Positions 9,385 to 21,768 of a stretch of DNA of 64,000 nucleotides are shown piece after piece. The translations under genes were made by a program, and so were the position numbers. The notes beneath the pieces were generated by a model. It had not been told where the DNA came from. It saw only the letters and a program-made list of their open reading frames with translations, and did no database searches. Position 1 is the first letter of the stretch. Every line of letters begins with the position of its first letter. The DNA is taken from assembly GCA_031441465.1 (NCBI GenBank), contig JANOEP010000039.1, positions 1 to 64,000 of the forward strand, read 5' to 3'. Origin of the DNA: a bacterium (GTDB taxonomy: Bacteria; Krumholzibacteriota; Krumholzibacteriia; LZORAL124-64-63).

Positions 9385-9654
9385 CTAGGAATCGGGAAAC
9401 CTGAAGGCGACTTCGAGATCCCTCACGGATTTCTGCAACTCCGTCATGAGACGCGTCTGCTTCAGTTCTCCCGCAAACTTGAACTCTTCGAATTTGGCGT
9501 GCGCAACCGCGTGCAGGGCCTTCAGTTCGTCGATTTGCATGATGGTGTAATAGCCCACAGGTCCACCGGCCGACAGCGCTGCTTCCGCGAAACGGTCGAT
9601 CTCATGGAGCAGGTACCGGAGTTGTGTGTCCATCTTCTCAATCGTGGTGACCAC
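9385..9654 (-). CDS. sll1863-like coiled-coil stress protein
   Basis: EKMDTQL...IDELKALH...AKFEEFK.AG...DLEVAF resembles the family. AAGGAG RBS before GTG 9654. Confidence 0.55.
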   Translation of the reverse strand: MVTTIEKMDTQLRYLLHEIDRFAEAALSAGGPVGYYTIMQIDELKALHAVAHAKFEEFKFAGELKQTRLMTELQKSVRDLEVAFRFPDS

Positions 9655-9688
9655 GGTGTTCTCCTTTGTAGGGACACGCGTGCTCCAT

Positions 9689-9704
9689 TGCCACGATCGT
9701 GCCA
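9689..9704 (-). promoter_or_regulatory. sigma-54 (-24/-12) promoter heading the leftward stress operon
   Basis: Minus strand TGGCACGATCGTGGCA = TGGCAC-N5-TGGCA (GG-N10-GC), 35 nt upstream of GTG 9654 and divergent from the sigma-54 activator. Confidence 0.75.
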
Positions 9705-9756
9705 CGCCTAACTGCTGACCTGACAAGCGGCATCCGGAAACAAGAGCTTGTCCGTT

Positions 9757-9790
9757 CCATCATTTCGAGGTAGAGTCGATCAAAAGAGAG
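9757..9790. promoter_or_regulatory. Putative tandem upstream activator sequence (bEBP site)
   Basis: CCATCAtttcGAGG at 9757-9770 plus a second ATCA 20 bp later. Mirrors 1865-1898. Confidence 0.45.
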
Positions 9791-9798
9791 GTGCCGCC

Positions 9799-11473
<1,675 letters not shown>

Positions 11474-11485
11474 GGCCGTCGTCCG

Positions 11486-14400
11486 TCAAGGGCTCGGCGC
11501 CGGAACGGTCACCACGACGGTGTGTTCCCGCCGGTCGTCGATGAGCGGCAGAGCGTCGCCGGCGAGAACGGCGCCGTTCAGGGTCACGCTCGTGCCGCCA
11601 GTGTTCCCAGAGCCGCCCGTCCCGGCGGCCACCTGCCGGACCTCGATGTGGTAGACGGTGTCCCGGTACCGGTAGCGCACCTTGTAGGACTTCCACTCCG
11701 CGGGCAGGCACGGGGCGAACCGCAGCCTGTCCGCCTCCAGCCTGAGCCCCAGCAGCGATTCCGTCATCAACCGGTACATCCAGCCGGCCGAACCCGTGTA
11801 CCATGTCCAACCGCCGCGGCCGGTGTGCGGCGGGACGGCGTAGACGTCGGCGGCGACCACGTAGGGTTCCACGGTGTAGACGGCCGCGTCTTCGGCGGTC
11901 CTGGCGTGGTTCACCGGGTTGATCATGGTCGCGAGGTCCCACGCGCGCCGGCGGTCGCCCAGGGCGGCGAACGCCATCGCCGCCCAGATCGCCGCGTGGG
12001 TGTACTGACCGCCGTTCTCCCGCACGCCCGCGGGGTACCCCTTGATGTAGCCGGGCTCCAGGGCCGAGACCGCGAACGGCGGGTCCAGCAGCTGGACCAG
12101 ACCGTGGTCGCGGCGGACGAGACGCCGGTCCACCGCCTCCATGGCCAGGCGCGCGCGTCCCGCGACGTCGTTCCCGGCGAGCGCGGACCAGCTCTGGGCG
12201 ATGGAGTCGATCTGGCATTCGGGGTTGACGGCGGCGCCCAGCGGCGTGCCGTCGTCGAAGTACGCCCGGCGGTACCACGCACCGTCCCAGCCGTTCTCCT
12301 CGACGTTCTGGCGCGTCTGGGCGGCCACCCTGCGGCAGCGCTCGGCGAAGACCTCGTCCCCGCGCCGGCCGGCGACCTCGGCGAACTGCGTGAGCACTTC
12401 CTGGAGGAAGAAACCCAGCCAGACGCTCTCGCCCCTGCCCTGCGCGCCCACCAGGTTCATGCCGTCGTTCCAGTCGCCGCTCCCGATGAGCGGCAGATGG
12501 TGCTCCCCGGTGCCCAGGCCCTTCAGGATGGCGCGGACGCAGTGGTCGTACAGGCTGGCGGATTCCCCGGACAGGCCGGGCAGGTCGTAATAGGAGTCCT
12601 CTTCCGGCTTGACCGGACGCCCCTCGAGGTAGGACAGCGATTCGTCCAGCACGCCGGTGTCGCCCGTGCCCAGGACGTAGCGCGCGGTCGCCAGCGGCAA
12701 CCAGAGGAAGTCGTCCGAGCAGTGCGTGCGCACGCCGCGTCCCGCGGGCGGGTGCCACCAGTGCTGGACGTCCCCCTCCGGGAACTGGCGGGCGGCGCAG
12801 CGGAGCAGATGGTCGCGGAGCAGCCGGGGCTCGGTGTGGATGAGCGCCATCGCGTCCTGCAGCTGGTCGCGGAAGCCGAAGGCGCCGCCCGGCTGGTAGA
12901 AGCCCGTGCGGGCCCAGAGCCGGCACGCCAGCGTCTGGTACAGGAGCCAGCCGTTGGCCAGCACGTCGAGGGCCGGGTCCGGCGTCTCCACGTGCACGGC
13001 GCCGAGCGTGTGGCGCCAGTAACGGCGCACCGCGTCGAACGCGTCCCGCGCCGCGGCGGCTCCCCGGAAGCTGTGGGCCAGGTCGCCGGCGTTCCTGGCG
13101 TCCCGTCCGGCGCCGAGCCTGAAGACGAGTTCGTGCTCCTGCCCCGCTCCCAGTTCGAAGGGGACCTGGATCGCGGCGCAGGGGTCGAGGGCCGCCCCCG
13201 CCCTGTCCGAGAGACGCGCCCGCGTCATGGCGGCCGGGTCGCCCGGCGAGCCGTTGCGCCCGAGGAATTCCGTGCGGTCGCAGGTGAAGGTCCTGGCCAT
13301 GTCGTCCACGTCGAAGAAGGCGACCCGGTCGGCGAACTCCGTGTTGTACGGGTTGCGCGCGATGAGCGCGCCGGTCCTGGCGTCGATCTCGGTGACGATG
13401 TGCATGGCCGTTTTCGGCCTCAGGTCGCCGATCACCCACTCCACGTAGCCGGTGACGGAGAGCCGGCGGGGCCGGCCGGACTCGTTCCTCAGCTTCAGCA
13501 CAGAGAACTTGACCGGCGCCTCCAGGGCCACGTAGACCAGCAGTTCCGAGCGGATGCCGGACTCCAGGTGCTCGAAGACGCTGTAGCCGAACCCGTGCCG
13601 GCACACGTGATCCCCCGTGCCGCGGCAGGGCAGCGGCGTGGGGGACCAGAACCGGCCGCTCTCCTCGTCGCGGATGTAGAGAGCCTCGCCGCCGGCGTCG
13701 CTGACGGGGTCGTTGGTCCACGGGGTCAGGCGGAACTCGTGGGCGTTCTCGCTCCAGGTGAAGGCGGAGCCGCTCTCGGTGACGGCGGTCCCGAACTGCG
13801 GGTTCGCCAGGACGTTCACCCACGGCGCCGGCGTGACCCGCCCCGGACCGGTCGTGATCGCGTATTCGCTGCCGTCGGGCGTGAACCCGCCCAGCCCGTT
13901 GAAGAACAGCAGGTCCGTCGGGGGAGGCGCCGCGGCCGGCGGGGGGGGCGGCGCGGCGGTGCGTGCGGGAGCCGGGAGATCGCCGGGCAGGTCGTCGTCG
14001 ACTAGGCGGCCGATCTGCTCCGCCAGCGTCCCGCGGTCGTCGGCGATGATGGCGCGGGCGGCCGACATCAGCAGCGTGCGGTCCTCGTCCGGGATCTGAT
14101 CCGCCGCCCTGACCAGGATGCAGCCCGTCCGGTTGGAGATGTTGATCTCGTTGCCGGCGGCGATCAGCCCCATGATCTGGTCGTGGAGCGCCTGCCGGTA
14201 TCCGGCGTGGTCCTCGTTCCAGATCACCAGGTCGACGGCCAGACCCTTCAGGTGCCAGTAGGCGTGGGCCTGGACGAGCTGGCGCACCAGATCGATGTGG
14301 TCGGGGTCGCCGATCCGCAGCAGCACGATCGGCAGATCTCCGGAGATGGAGTAGCCCCACAGCCCGGACTGGCCGCGGTGGTCCCGGACGAGGATGCCGG

Positions 14401-17400
14401 GGTCGGCGCGCAGCGAGGAGTTCGCGAAGATCACGGACGCGGCCAGGCGCCCGTAATCCTGCGCGTCGGACTCGGTCGCGTCGAGCTGCCGCAGGAGAAC
14501 CTCGCTGTGGGTCCAAGCCAGGTCGAAGACCCGGTTGGTCAGTCGGAGGTCGAGATACTTCTCGGCCAGGCCCAGGCAGAAGTCGCGGGTCTCGCCGACG
14601 CCGTAGACGAGGTTCACCGTCGCCGATTCCTCGGGGCCGAGGGTCAGCTGGTGCCTGATCGCGACGATGGGATCGAGCACCGAACCCTCGCCGCCCGCGA
14701 GGGCGCTCGGGTCCAGCATCGCCCCGGGGGCGGCCACGGTGTTCCCGCGCCCGACGAACCGTTGCCGGTCGGTCTCGTACGAAACTTCCTCGACCTCCGC
14801 GCCGTGCACGGCCATCAGGTGGAACATCCAGGGGGTCGGCTCGCCGGGGGAGCGGGGCCGCCGGGTGCAGAGGATCGCCTGCCGCTCCCGGACGATCTCC
14901 GTCCGCACGAAGAGATTGCTGAACGCGGGGTGGAGCGCGTCCGCGGCCGGCGGGGCCAGGACGACCTCCGCGTAGCTCGTCACATCGATCGTCCGGCGCG
15001 CGCGGGAGCGGTTCGTGATGTGGATGCGGCGGACCTCGACGTCGTCCTCCGGCGAGACGGCGATCTCGGTGTGTGTGTCGAAGTCGTGGTCGCGGCGGCG
15101 GAACTCCACCCGCGATTCGGAGAAGATCGCCTCGTAACGCTCCGCCTCCCTGAGCGTCGGCTGGTGGGCGTTCGACCAGAACCGTCCCGTGCCCGTGTCG
15201 CGGATGTAACAGAAGGCGCCCCAGTTGTCGCGCGTGCCGTCCTCGCGCCAGCGGGTGACGGCGAGGTCCTTCCAGCGGCTGTAGCCGCCGCCGGCGTTCG
15301 TGACCATCACGTGGTACCTGCTGTTGGACAGCAGCTGCACCTCCGGCAGCGGGGTGTGCGGGGTGCCGACGCTGCGGGCCGGGGTCTCCCGGCCGCCTTC
15401 GACCGCCTCGGTGGTGGTCGTCTCGGCGGTCTGGGCATGGAACACCGAGGCTTTCGGCACGCGTTCCTGGAGCAGCAGCACGGTCGCCTGGAATCCCGGA
15501 TCCGCAGCGAACCGCCTCTGCATCGGGCGGTCCAGGAGCAGGTAGGCGAAGGACAGCAGGCTCATGCCCTGATGATGCGCCATGAACGAGCGGACGACGG
15601 CGTGCGGCTGCCCGCGCGGGATGCGGGTGGTGGTGTAGTCGATCGCCTCGTAGAGACCGTACCGTCCCGCGAACCCTTCGGCGTCGAGCCGCTGCAGGTT
15701 CTGGCACGCCGCACCGGGCGCCACCATCAGCGCCAGGGCCGAGGCGTACGGGGCGACGACCAGATCCGAGGCCAAGCCGCGCTTGAGCCCCAGGCCGGGC
15801 ACGCCGAAGGCGCGGTACTGGTAGTTCAGGTGGGCGTCGATCGTGTTGTAGCCGGATTCGGAGACGCCCCAGGGCACGCCGCGCAGTTTCCCGTACTCGA
15901 TCTGTCGCTCGACCGCCCCTGCGTAGGTCCGGTCGAGCAGCGTGTTCTCGTACGTCGGCATCACCAGCAGCGGCATGAGATACTCGAACATCGAGCCGCT
16001 CCAGGACAGCAGGACCGGTGCGCCGCCGGTGGCGCTCAGCAGGCGCCCCAGGGCGAACCAGGTCTCCTGCGGCAGCTGTTCCTGCGCGATGGCCACGAAG
16101 CTGGCCAGCCGCGCTTCGGACGCGAGCAGGTCGTAGTAGCTCGAATCGCGTCGGCGCTGGGTGACGTCGTAGCCGATCACCAGCAGATGACGAGCCTTGT
16201 CGTAGAGAAAGTCGTAGTCGGCGACGGCGAGTTCGCCGGAACGTCGTGCGAGATCCGCGATCGACTCCAGCCTGGCTGCGGCGCGGTCGCCCGCCTCCGC
16301 GGCGTAGCCTGCCAGTTCGCGCAGCGTCGGGATCGTGTCGGATTCCGGGAAGGCGACGGCCGAATTCTCCGGGGTCGGCAGCGCGGTCCAGGGTGCCAGG
16401 AACGCGAGGTCGTCGAGCGCCGCCGCGCATTGACGGGCGAGGGCGTCCGCCCACCACTTCGCCGCGCCCGGGGGGTCGTCGGCGAGGCCGGCCGCGGCTT
16501 CCGTGATGGACGCCGTCAGTCTCTCGAGGCAGCGCCGGGTCGCCGTGAGGGTGGCCGGCTTTGCGGCGCAGATGCCGGTCAGATCCGCCCGCAGTTGGGC
16601 CAGACGGGGCGCCGCGCTCTTGCCCGCGGCCTCCGCCAGGATCGCGAGCGTGTCGCTCAGCCCTTCGAACAGCCGGGCGCCCAGGACGTCGTGATCGGGG
16701 AGCGCCAGCAACCCGGCGCGCAGCGTCAGCAGGTGGCCGGCGAGGTTGCCGCTGTCCACCGTCGAGACGTAGTGGGGCGGCAGCGGCTCCAGGGTCTGCG
16801 TGTCGTACCAGTTGTAGAAGTGGCCCCGGTGGCGCTCCATGGCGTCCATGGCGCCGAACGTGCGCGCCGTGCGCTCGACCAGTTGCCCCGGCGGGAGGTA
16901 GCCGAAGTCGTAGGCCGTCAGGGACGACAGCAGGGAGAGCCCGATGTTGGTCGGGGACGTGCGGTGCGCGATCCTGGCCGCGCCGAATTCCTGGAAGTTG
17001 TCGGGCGGCAGCCAGTGGTCGTCGGGTCCGACGAACGTCTCGAAGAACATCCACGTCCTGCGTGCCAGTTTCCGCAGAAAGACGTGTTGGCTCGCGGTCA
17101 ACGTTTCCCTGCGGCGGGTGAGGGGACGGCTGAGCCACCACGCGATCGCCGGCGAGACCAGCCAGAGGCAGAGGACGGGCCCGGCCGCCGTCAGGACGGC
17201 CGGTCGCAGGGACGCCAGACCGACCAGCGCCACGACGGCGACCACGGGGGCGGCCCACATCGACCGGTAAGCGGCGGCGAGGCCGCTCCGGCGGTCGTTC
17301 ATGCCGTCGCCGGACGGGCTCCACTCGAGGAGCCGCCGGCGGGCGAGCAGCCGCCAGATCGTGCGCACGATCGCGTCGAGGCTGGATTGCGCTTCGTGGG

Positions 17401-20089
17401 GGAGGCAGGCGAGGGCGAAGGTCGCCTGGGCGAAGTGACGGCCGGCCGCGCGCGCGGTGTCGGCGAGGTGCTGCGCCGGCCCCACGTCGCTCCCCTTGCG
17501 GGTGAGATCCAGCAAGGAGGCGGCCAACGGCGGGATCATGATGATCCCGACCACCGTCAGGGTCCAGAACCACGCGGGCGCCAGCGCCGTCCAGCCCAGC
17601 AGCAGCAGCAACGTCAGCGCCGGTGAGACGAGGCTGCGCCGGAGGTTGTCGAGGAGCTTCCAGCGCGACAGCCCCGAGAGGGTGTTCCGCCGCCGCACCG
17701 TTCCGGCGCCGGGCACCCGGGGCAGCATCCACGCCAAGAGTTGCCAGTCGCCGCGGATCCAGCGGTGCCGGCGGCTCATGTCGGCGAGGTAGCGGGCGGG
17801 ATAGTCCTCGTAGAGCTGCACGTCGCTCAGCAGCCCCGAACGGGCATGGCAACCTTCGAGGAGATCGTGGCTCAGGATCCGGTTCTCTGGGAAACGTCCC
17901 TCCAGCACGCGCCCGAAGGCTTCGACGTCGTAGATGCCCTTGCCGATGAACGAGCCCTCGTGGAACAGGTCCTGGTAGACGTCCGAGACGGCGCGCGTGT
18001 ACGGGTCGATGCCGGGTTCGCCCCCGTAGAGCCGGGCGTACCGCGACCGGTTCGATCCCGGCAGGCTGGCGGCCACGCGGGGCTGCAGGATGCCGTAGCC
18101 CTCGGTGATGCACTGTCGATCCTCGTCGTAGCGCGGGCGGTTCAGCGGGTGCGCCATGGCGGCGACGAATTGCCACGCCGAGTCGCGCGGCAGCTGCGTG
18201 TCGGTGTCCAGGGTGATCACGTACTTCACGTTCGGCAGGACCGACGTCCGGCCGACCACCAGCGCGAACCGGTCGGGGGGGGCGCCCCGCAGGAGCGCGT
18301 TCAGGTCGGCGAGCTTGCCCCGCTTGCGCTCGTGGCCCATCCACAGCCGTTCCCGGGGGTTCCAGGTCCGCGGGCGATGGAACAGGAAGAAGGAGCTGCC
18401 GATCCCGCGCCGGTACTTCTCGTTCAGCGCTTCGATCTTCTCCCGCGCGAGCTGCAGCAAGGGGCCGTCCTGCGGGAGCGTTTCCTCGTGCGCGTCCCGG
18501 AAGTCCGTCAACAGGCCGAAGTGCAGGTTCTCGTCCCGGTTCGCCAGGAACCGGACTTCCAGCGCTTCGGCCAGGTCCTCGATGTTGCGGGCGTCCGTGA
18601 TCATCGTCGGGATCACCACGAGTGCGCGACATTCCGGGGGGATCCCCGTGGAGAAATCCAGACGGGGCAGCAGGTGCGGCCGGGCGAACAGAACGGCGAG
18701 CCAGTTCACCAGGGCGACCGCCAGCTGGCTGGAGCACAGCAGCGCGAGAGCCGCGACCAGGGTGAGCGCCGGGACACCCGGGCGGGCGGCCAGCGCGACC
18801 GCCGTCAGACCGCCGGTCAGCAACGCCGTGACCAGCAGCAACGGCCCCAGATACGCCAGGAGCGGGAAGCGGTTGGGGAATCGACGGAGCGTTCCGGCGG
18901 CGGAGCGTCGCACCCCCGCCTCCCGCTCGAGTCGCGGCAGCCCGCGGTCGATCAGGTGGTAGCCGACGTGCGACGCCCGGCCGCCGGTGGCATCGGCCGC
19001 ATCGCCGGGCCGCGTGAAGTCGATCGCCAGGCGCGCCACCTGGGCCTCGGTCAGCCGGCTCCGTTGCGCGATCCGCTCCACCACGTGGCGGTACCGATCG
19101 CGTGTGGTGAAATCCATCCTGCCGTAGACGCCGCGGGGATCCTCCCGCAGCGTGGACTCCACGACGCTCATCGTCTCGACGAACTCGCGCCAGTCCATCG
19201 CCCCCAGGAACCGGAGGCTGCCGATGCTGTTGCCGATCGAGACCTGGTCGGCCGCCTGTTGCTGGTTCTCCGCTTGGACCAGCTGCTCGATCGTCTGGTC
19301 GGACTGAGAGAGCCGTTGTTCGATCCAGGTCATGGGCAGCGCCAGCGACGGGCTTCGCCCCTGGAGGCGGCGGGCGAGTTCGGCGACGAAGGAGCTGACC
19401 ATCGGCGGGTTGGAGCGCGCCATGTCGGCGACCGCGAGGATCAGGCTGTTGGGGTCGTTCTCGGCGATCTCGGTCATCTTGTCCGCCCAGTGGTCGGCGC
19501 GGTTGCGGTCGACCCTGTCGACGGCGATGCGGACGGCGACGCGCCGCAGGTTCTCGATGAGCGCCAGGCGCAGCATGATCGGGATGGCCCACAGCTCGCC
19601 CAGCGTCAGGACGCTGACCGACTGGTAGGAGGCGACGAAGCTGCTCAGATTCTCCGGATCGACGCGCCCGTCGCCGTGCGAGATCGTCTCGAGAGCGAGG
19701 TCGTAGACGCGTGGGAAGCCGGCGGACGAGCCGCGGTGCAGGGAGGGCAGCTCCCGGCTGTAGCCCTTCGGCAGGTGGCGCCGGGCCGTGCGGATCTGTT
19801 CCTCGATGAGGTAGAAGTTGTCGAGCAGCCACTCGCCGGCCGGCGTGATCCGGCGGTCCGTCCTGACGGCTTCCGTGATCAATTCGCGGGTTTCGATCAG
19901 GACGCGCTCGTTCTCCGCCAGCCGCGACAGGAGCCGGTCGGGGGTCCGCCGGCCGACAAGCTTATGGCTGGAGGCGAGCGACTTGCCGTGCTCTTTCATC
20001 TGATCTGCGCTGAACAGTTCCGCGCGCAGCGGCTGCTCGTCGCCGGAAAGCCGTCCCGGGAATCGCGGGGATCTCAGCGTCGATTTCAT
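11486..20089 (-). CDS. ndvB: Cyclic beta-1,2-glucan synthase (GT84 + glucoamylase-like transglycosylase + GH94 phosphorylase)
   Basis: 2867 aa with [89 protein letters not shown]. Confidence 0.95.
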   Translation of the reverse strand: MKSTLRSPRFPGRLSGDEQPLRAELFSADQMKEHGKSLASSHKLVGRRTPDRLLSRLAENERVLIETRELITEAVRTDRRITPAGEWLLDNFYLIEEQIRTARRHLPKGYSRELPSLHRGSSAGFPRVYDLALETISHGDGRVDPENLSSFVASYQSVSVLTLGELWAIPIMLRLALIENLRRVAVRIAVDRVDRNRADHWADKMTEIAENDPNSLILAVADMARSNPPMVSSFVAELARRLQGRSPSLALPMTWIEQRLSQSDQTIEQLVQAENQQQAADQVSIGNSIGSLRFLGAMDWREFVETMSVVESTLREDPRGVYGRMDFTTRDRYRHVVERIAQRSRLTEAQVARLAIDFTRPGDAADATGGRASHVGYHLIDRGLPRLEREAGVRRSAAGTLRRFPNRFPLLAYLGPLLLVTALLTGGLTAVALAARPGVPALTLVAALALLCSSQLAVALVNWLAVLFARPHLLPRLDFSTGIPPECRALVVIPTMITDARNIEDLAEALEVRFLANRDENLHFGLLTDFRDAHEETLPQDGPLLQLAREKIEALNEKYRRGIGSSFFLFHRPRTWNPRERLWMGHERKRGKLADLNALLRGAPPDRFALVVGRTSVLPNVKYVITLDTDTQLPRDSAWQFVAAMAHPLNRPRYDEDRQCITEGYGILQPRVAASLPGSNRSRYARLYGGEPGIDPYTRAVSDVYQDLFHEGSFIGKGIYDVEAFGRVLEGRFPENRILSHDLLEGCHARSGLLSDVQLYEDYPARYLADMSRRHRWIRGDWQLLAWMLPRVPGAGTVRRRNTLSGLSRWKLLDNLRRSLVSPALTLLLLLGWTALAPAWFWTLTVVGIIMIPPLAASLLDLTRKGSDVGPAQHLADTARAAGRHFAQATFALACLPHEAQSSLDAIVRTIWRLLARRRLLEWSPSGDGMNDRRSGLAAAYRSMWAAPVVAVVALVGLASLRPAVLTAAGPVLCLWLVSPAIAWWLSRPLTRRRETLTASQHVFLRKLARRTWMFFETFVGPDDHWLPPDNFQEFGAARIAHRTSPTNIGLSLLSSLTAYDFGYLPPGQLVERTARTFGAMDAMERHRGHFYNWYDTQTLEPLPPHYVSTVDSGNLAGHLLTLRAGLLALPDHDVLGARLFEGLSDTLAILAEAAGKSAAPRLAQLRADLTGICAAKPATLTATRRCLERLTASITEAAAGLADDPPGAAKWWADALARQCAAALDDLAFLAPWTALPTPENSAVAFPESDTIPTLRELAGYAAEAGDRAAARLESIADLARRSGELAVADYDFLYDKARHLLVIGYDVTQRRRDSSYYDLLASEARLASFVAIAQEQLPQETWFALGRLLSATGGAPVLLSWSGSMFEYLMPLLVMPTYENTLLDRTYAGAVERQIEYGKLRGVPWGVSESGYNTIDAHLNYQYRAFGVPGLGLKRGLASDLVVAPYASALALMVAPGAACQNLQRLDAEGFAGRYGLYEAIDYTTTRIPRGQPHAVVRSFMAHHQGMSLLSFAYLLLDRPMQRRFAADPGFQATVLLLQERVPKASVFHAQTAETTTTEAVEGGRETPARSVGTPHTPLPEVQLLSNSRYHVMVTNAGGGYSRWKDLAVTRWREDGTRDNWGAFCYIRDTGTGRFWSNAHQPTLREAERYEAIFSESRVEFRRRDHDFDTHTEIAVSPEDDVEVRRIHITNRSRARRTIDVTSYAEVVLAPPAADALHPAFSNLFVRTEIVRERQAILCTRRPRSPGEPTPWMFHLMAVHGAEVEEVSYETDRQRFVGRGNTVAAPGAMLDPSALAGGEGSVLDPIVAIRHQLTLGPEESATVNLVYGVGETRDFCLGLAEKYLDLRLTNRVFDLAWTHSEVLLRQLDATESDAQDYGRLAASVIFANSSLRADPGILVRDHRGQSGLWGYSISGDLPIVLLRIGDPDHIDLVRQLVQAHAYWHLKGLAVDLVIWNEDHAGYRQALHDQIMGLIAAGNEINISNRTGCILVRAADQIPDEDRTLLMSAARAIIADDRGTLAEQIGRLVDDDLPGDLPAPARTAAPPPPPAAAPPPTDLLFFNGLGGFTPDGSEYAITTGPGRVTPAPWVNVLANPQFGTAVTESGSAFTWSENAHEFRLTPWTNDPVSDAGGEALYIRDEESGRFWSPTPLPCRGTGDHVCRHGFGYSVFEHLESGIRSELLVYVALEAPVKFSVLKLRNESGRPRRLSVTGYVEWVIGDLRPKTAMHIVTEIDARTGALIARNPYNTEFADRVAFFDVDDMARTFTCDRTEFLGRNGSPGDPAAMTRARLSDRAGAALDPCAAIQVPFELGAGQEHELVFRLGAGRDARNAGDLAHSFRGAAAARDAFDAVRRYWRHTLGAVHVETPDPALDVLANGWLLYQTLACRLWARTGFYQPGGAFGFRDQLQDAMALIHTEPRLLRDHLLRCAARQFPEGDVQHWWHPPAGRGVRTHCSDDFLWLPLATARYVLGTGDTGVLDESLSYLEGRPVKPEEDSYYDLPGLSGESASLYDHCVRAILKGLGTGEHHLPLIGSGDWNDGMNLVGAQGRGESVWLGFFLQEVLTQFAEVAGRRGDEVFAERCRRVAAQTRQNVEENGWDGAWYRRAYFDDGTPLGAAVNPECQIDSIAQSWSALAGNDVAGRARLAMEAVDRRLVRRDHGLVQLLDPPFAVSALEPGYIKGYPAGVRENGGQYTHAAIWAAMAFAALGDRRRAWDLATMINPVNHARTAEDAAVYTVEPYVVAADVYAVPPHTGRGGWTWYTGSAGWMYRLMTESLLGLRLEADRLRFAPCLPAEWKSYKVRYRYRDTVYHIEVRQVAAGTGGSGNTGGTSVTLNGAVLAGDALPLIDDRREHTVVVTVPAPSP

Positions 20090-20141
20090 CGCACCACGAT
20101 CCCGTTACGGGCCGGTGCGACGGCTCCGGGAATCGCGGGGA
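20056..20141. repeat. 16-bp exact direct repeat CCGGGAATCGCGGGGA (20056-20071 and 20126-20141)
   Basis: Seen directly. The copies bracket the ndvB start codon. Confidence 0.85.
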
Positions 20142-20180
20142 CGGTGGCGGCGGTGTTCGCTGTGGTGGTGTACGACGTAT

Positions 20181-20327
20181 CTAGCCGGCTTTCTTCCGGC
20201 GGCGGTTGTGTTCGATGTCGGAAAGACGCGCGGCCGAGACTTCGAGGGCGGACCCGAGGCCGCGCAGCGCAAGCCCGGCCTCCAGGCGGAGGCGGCGGAT
20301 CTCACGGCCCAGATCGTTGGTCTTCAT
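20181..20327 (-). pseudogene. Truncated XRE-family HTH regulator, 48 aa, missing from ORF track
   Basis: Translated by hand: MKTNDLGREIRRLRLEAGLALRGLGSALEVSAARLSDIEHNRRRKKAG*. It stops before the usual last HTH_3 helix. Confidence 0.65.
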
Positions 20328-20405
20328 GGACAACATGTTAGCTGACATGGCTGACAGTCGCCACGCGGAAGGCGCCGACGGCGTGGACCTTGCCGCTCTG
20401 CGATC

Positions 20406-20915
20406 CTACCGGAACTGCTCCCGCCACGACCGCTCCAGCGCCAGCGCCAGGACCGGCGACGGGTCGCCGATGAGCGTCGACCAGCCGCTCTGATAGATCA
20501 ACCCATACATCAGGCCTTGTGCCGCCGAGTAGAGCAGGACGACGTTGTTTTCGGCGCAGTCGTGGTTCTTGCAGGCACTGGCGAGGATGTACTCATCGCC
20601 GTCGACCGTCACCAGACGATTCTGGGCGCTAGGTCCATCGAGATCCGCCAACCACGAATCCCGGCCAAACGAGCCCAACGCCTTGTCGTAGGCGGCGTTG
20701 GCATTGGGATCCATGAGGATCCCGGACGCGCTGAGTTCGTGCAGCTCGTACGCCCGCGTCGACGGGATACTGTCGGCGGCGTGTTCGCAACCGGCCCGGT
20801 GAGGGCCGCCGTCTGTTGCCGGGAACGACGCGTCGGGACACTGCAAACGGGCGCTCGCGTCGGCGGCGACGAGGATCAGGACGGTCACTTGAAGGAGATG
20901 CTTGAAGGCGGTCAT
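20406..20915 (-). CDS. ivy: Ivy-family C-type lysozyme inhibitor
   Basis: ACKNHDC loop (CKxHDC signature), GPSA upstream motif, signal peptide. Confidence 0.8.
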   Translation of the reverse strand: MTAFKHLLQVTVLILVAADASARLQCPDASFPATDGGPHRAGCEHAADSIPSTRAYELHELSASGILMDPNANAAYDKALGSFGRDSWLADLDGPSAQNRLVTVDGDEYILASACKNHDCAENNVVLLYSAAQGLMYGLIYQSGWSTLIGDPSPVLALALERSWREQFR

Positions 20916-20985
20916 GGAATTCCCCCGTCGACCGGCTCGATGACCGGACCGTTCCCCGGCCGCATCACCTGCCGTCGGTGCTATC

Positions 20986-21579
20986 TCAGGCGACCGCCAG
21001 CCCCAGGATCCGGCTGACGTCGGTCATCAGGCCGTGCGCGGTCACTTCGGTCATCCCCCCGGCCAGGGTGGTCGAGCGCCCGCCGGATTCGGCGCACAGC
21101 ATGTAGGACACCGCGAGCGCGCGGGCGCGGTTGACGGCGCGATCGTTGGCCGCGCCCGACTGCATCGCCGTGAACATGGTGCCGGTGTTCACTGCGACGG
21201 CTCCGCCCTGGATGTCCGGGACGCCGTTGCGCACGATCAGCCGGTGCAGTTGTTCGCGGGTCACGGTTGGGCCGCCCGGAACTTCGACACCGGCCGGCGA
21301 CACCACGAACGTCCCGCCCGGTGAACGGATCTTGTCGACGCGACCGGCGAACCACTTGTTGACGCCCTTGCGCAGGAACCAGGCGCCGACGATCGCGACG
21401 ACGAAGCGGAACAACACCAGGAAGGAAGGTGTCCCCCTGGACGTCGTGCCGATGACGAACAGGGCGAAGATCACGGCGATGATGTTCGCGGCCCCTTTGG
21501 AAGTGGGGGGCGACGCCGGGTCGACCGTGAAGCGCACGCGTCCGTTGTCGAGGGATTCCTGACGATAACTGCTGTCCAT
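20986..21579 (-). CDS. Hypothetical membrane protein (2 TM)
   Basis: GC3-rich coding frame with two hydrophobic helices. ATG at 21579. Confidence 0.6.
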   Translation of the reverse strand: MDSSYRQESLDNGRVRFTVDPASPPTSKGAANIIAVIFALFVIGTTSRGTPSFLVLFRFVVAIVGAWFLRKGVNKWFAGRVDKIRSPGGTFVVSPAGVEVPGGPTVTREQLHRLIVRNGVPDIQGGAVAVNTGTMFTAMQSGAANDRAVNRARALAVSYMLCAESGGRSTTLAGGMTEVTAHGLMTDVSRILGLAVA

Positions 21580-21768
21580 GATCCCCGCCTTTCCGTCGAG
21601 TCGCGATCCGGTCGCCTGGCAATCGCCCGTCACTCGCGGTGAGTGGCGGCCCGCGACCACGAAATCAGACTAAATCAGTCTTAATGAAGAGGCAAGGGAG
21701 GAAAATCGGCAACAAGTCATCGGTCCAACGAAGCCAAGCACATGGCACGGCATGATCGCCTGGCGGGA

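Noticed and set aside
13921..13960. G8 run in ndvB as a phase-variation tract
   Set aside because: It is in frame and encodes a Pro/Ala linker between the GH94 N-terminal domains; the gene is intact.
20099..20114. sigma-54 promoter for ndvB (minus strand CGGCCCGTAACGGGAT)
   Set aside because: It has a -24-like CGGCCC but lacks the -12 GC and sits too close to the start codon.
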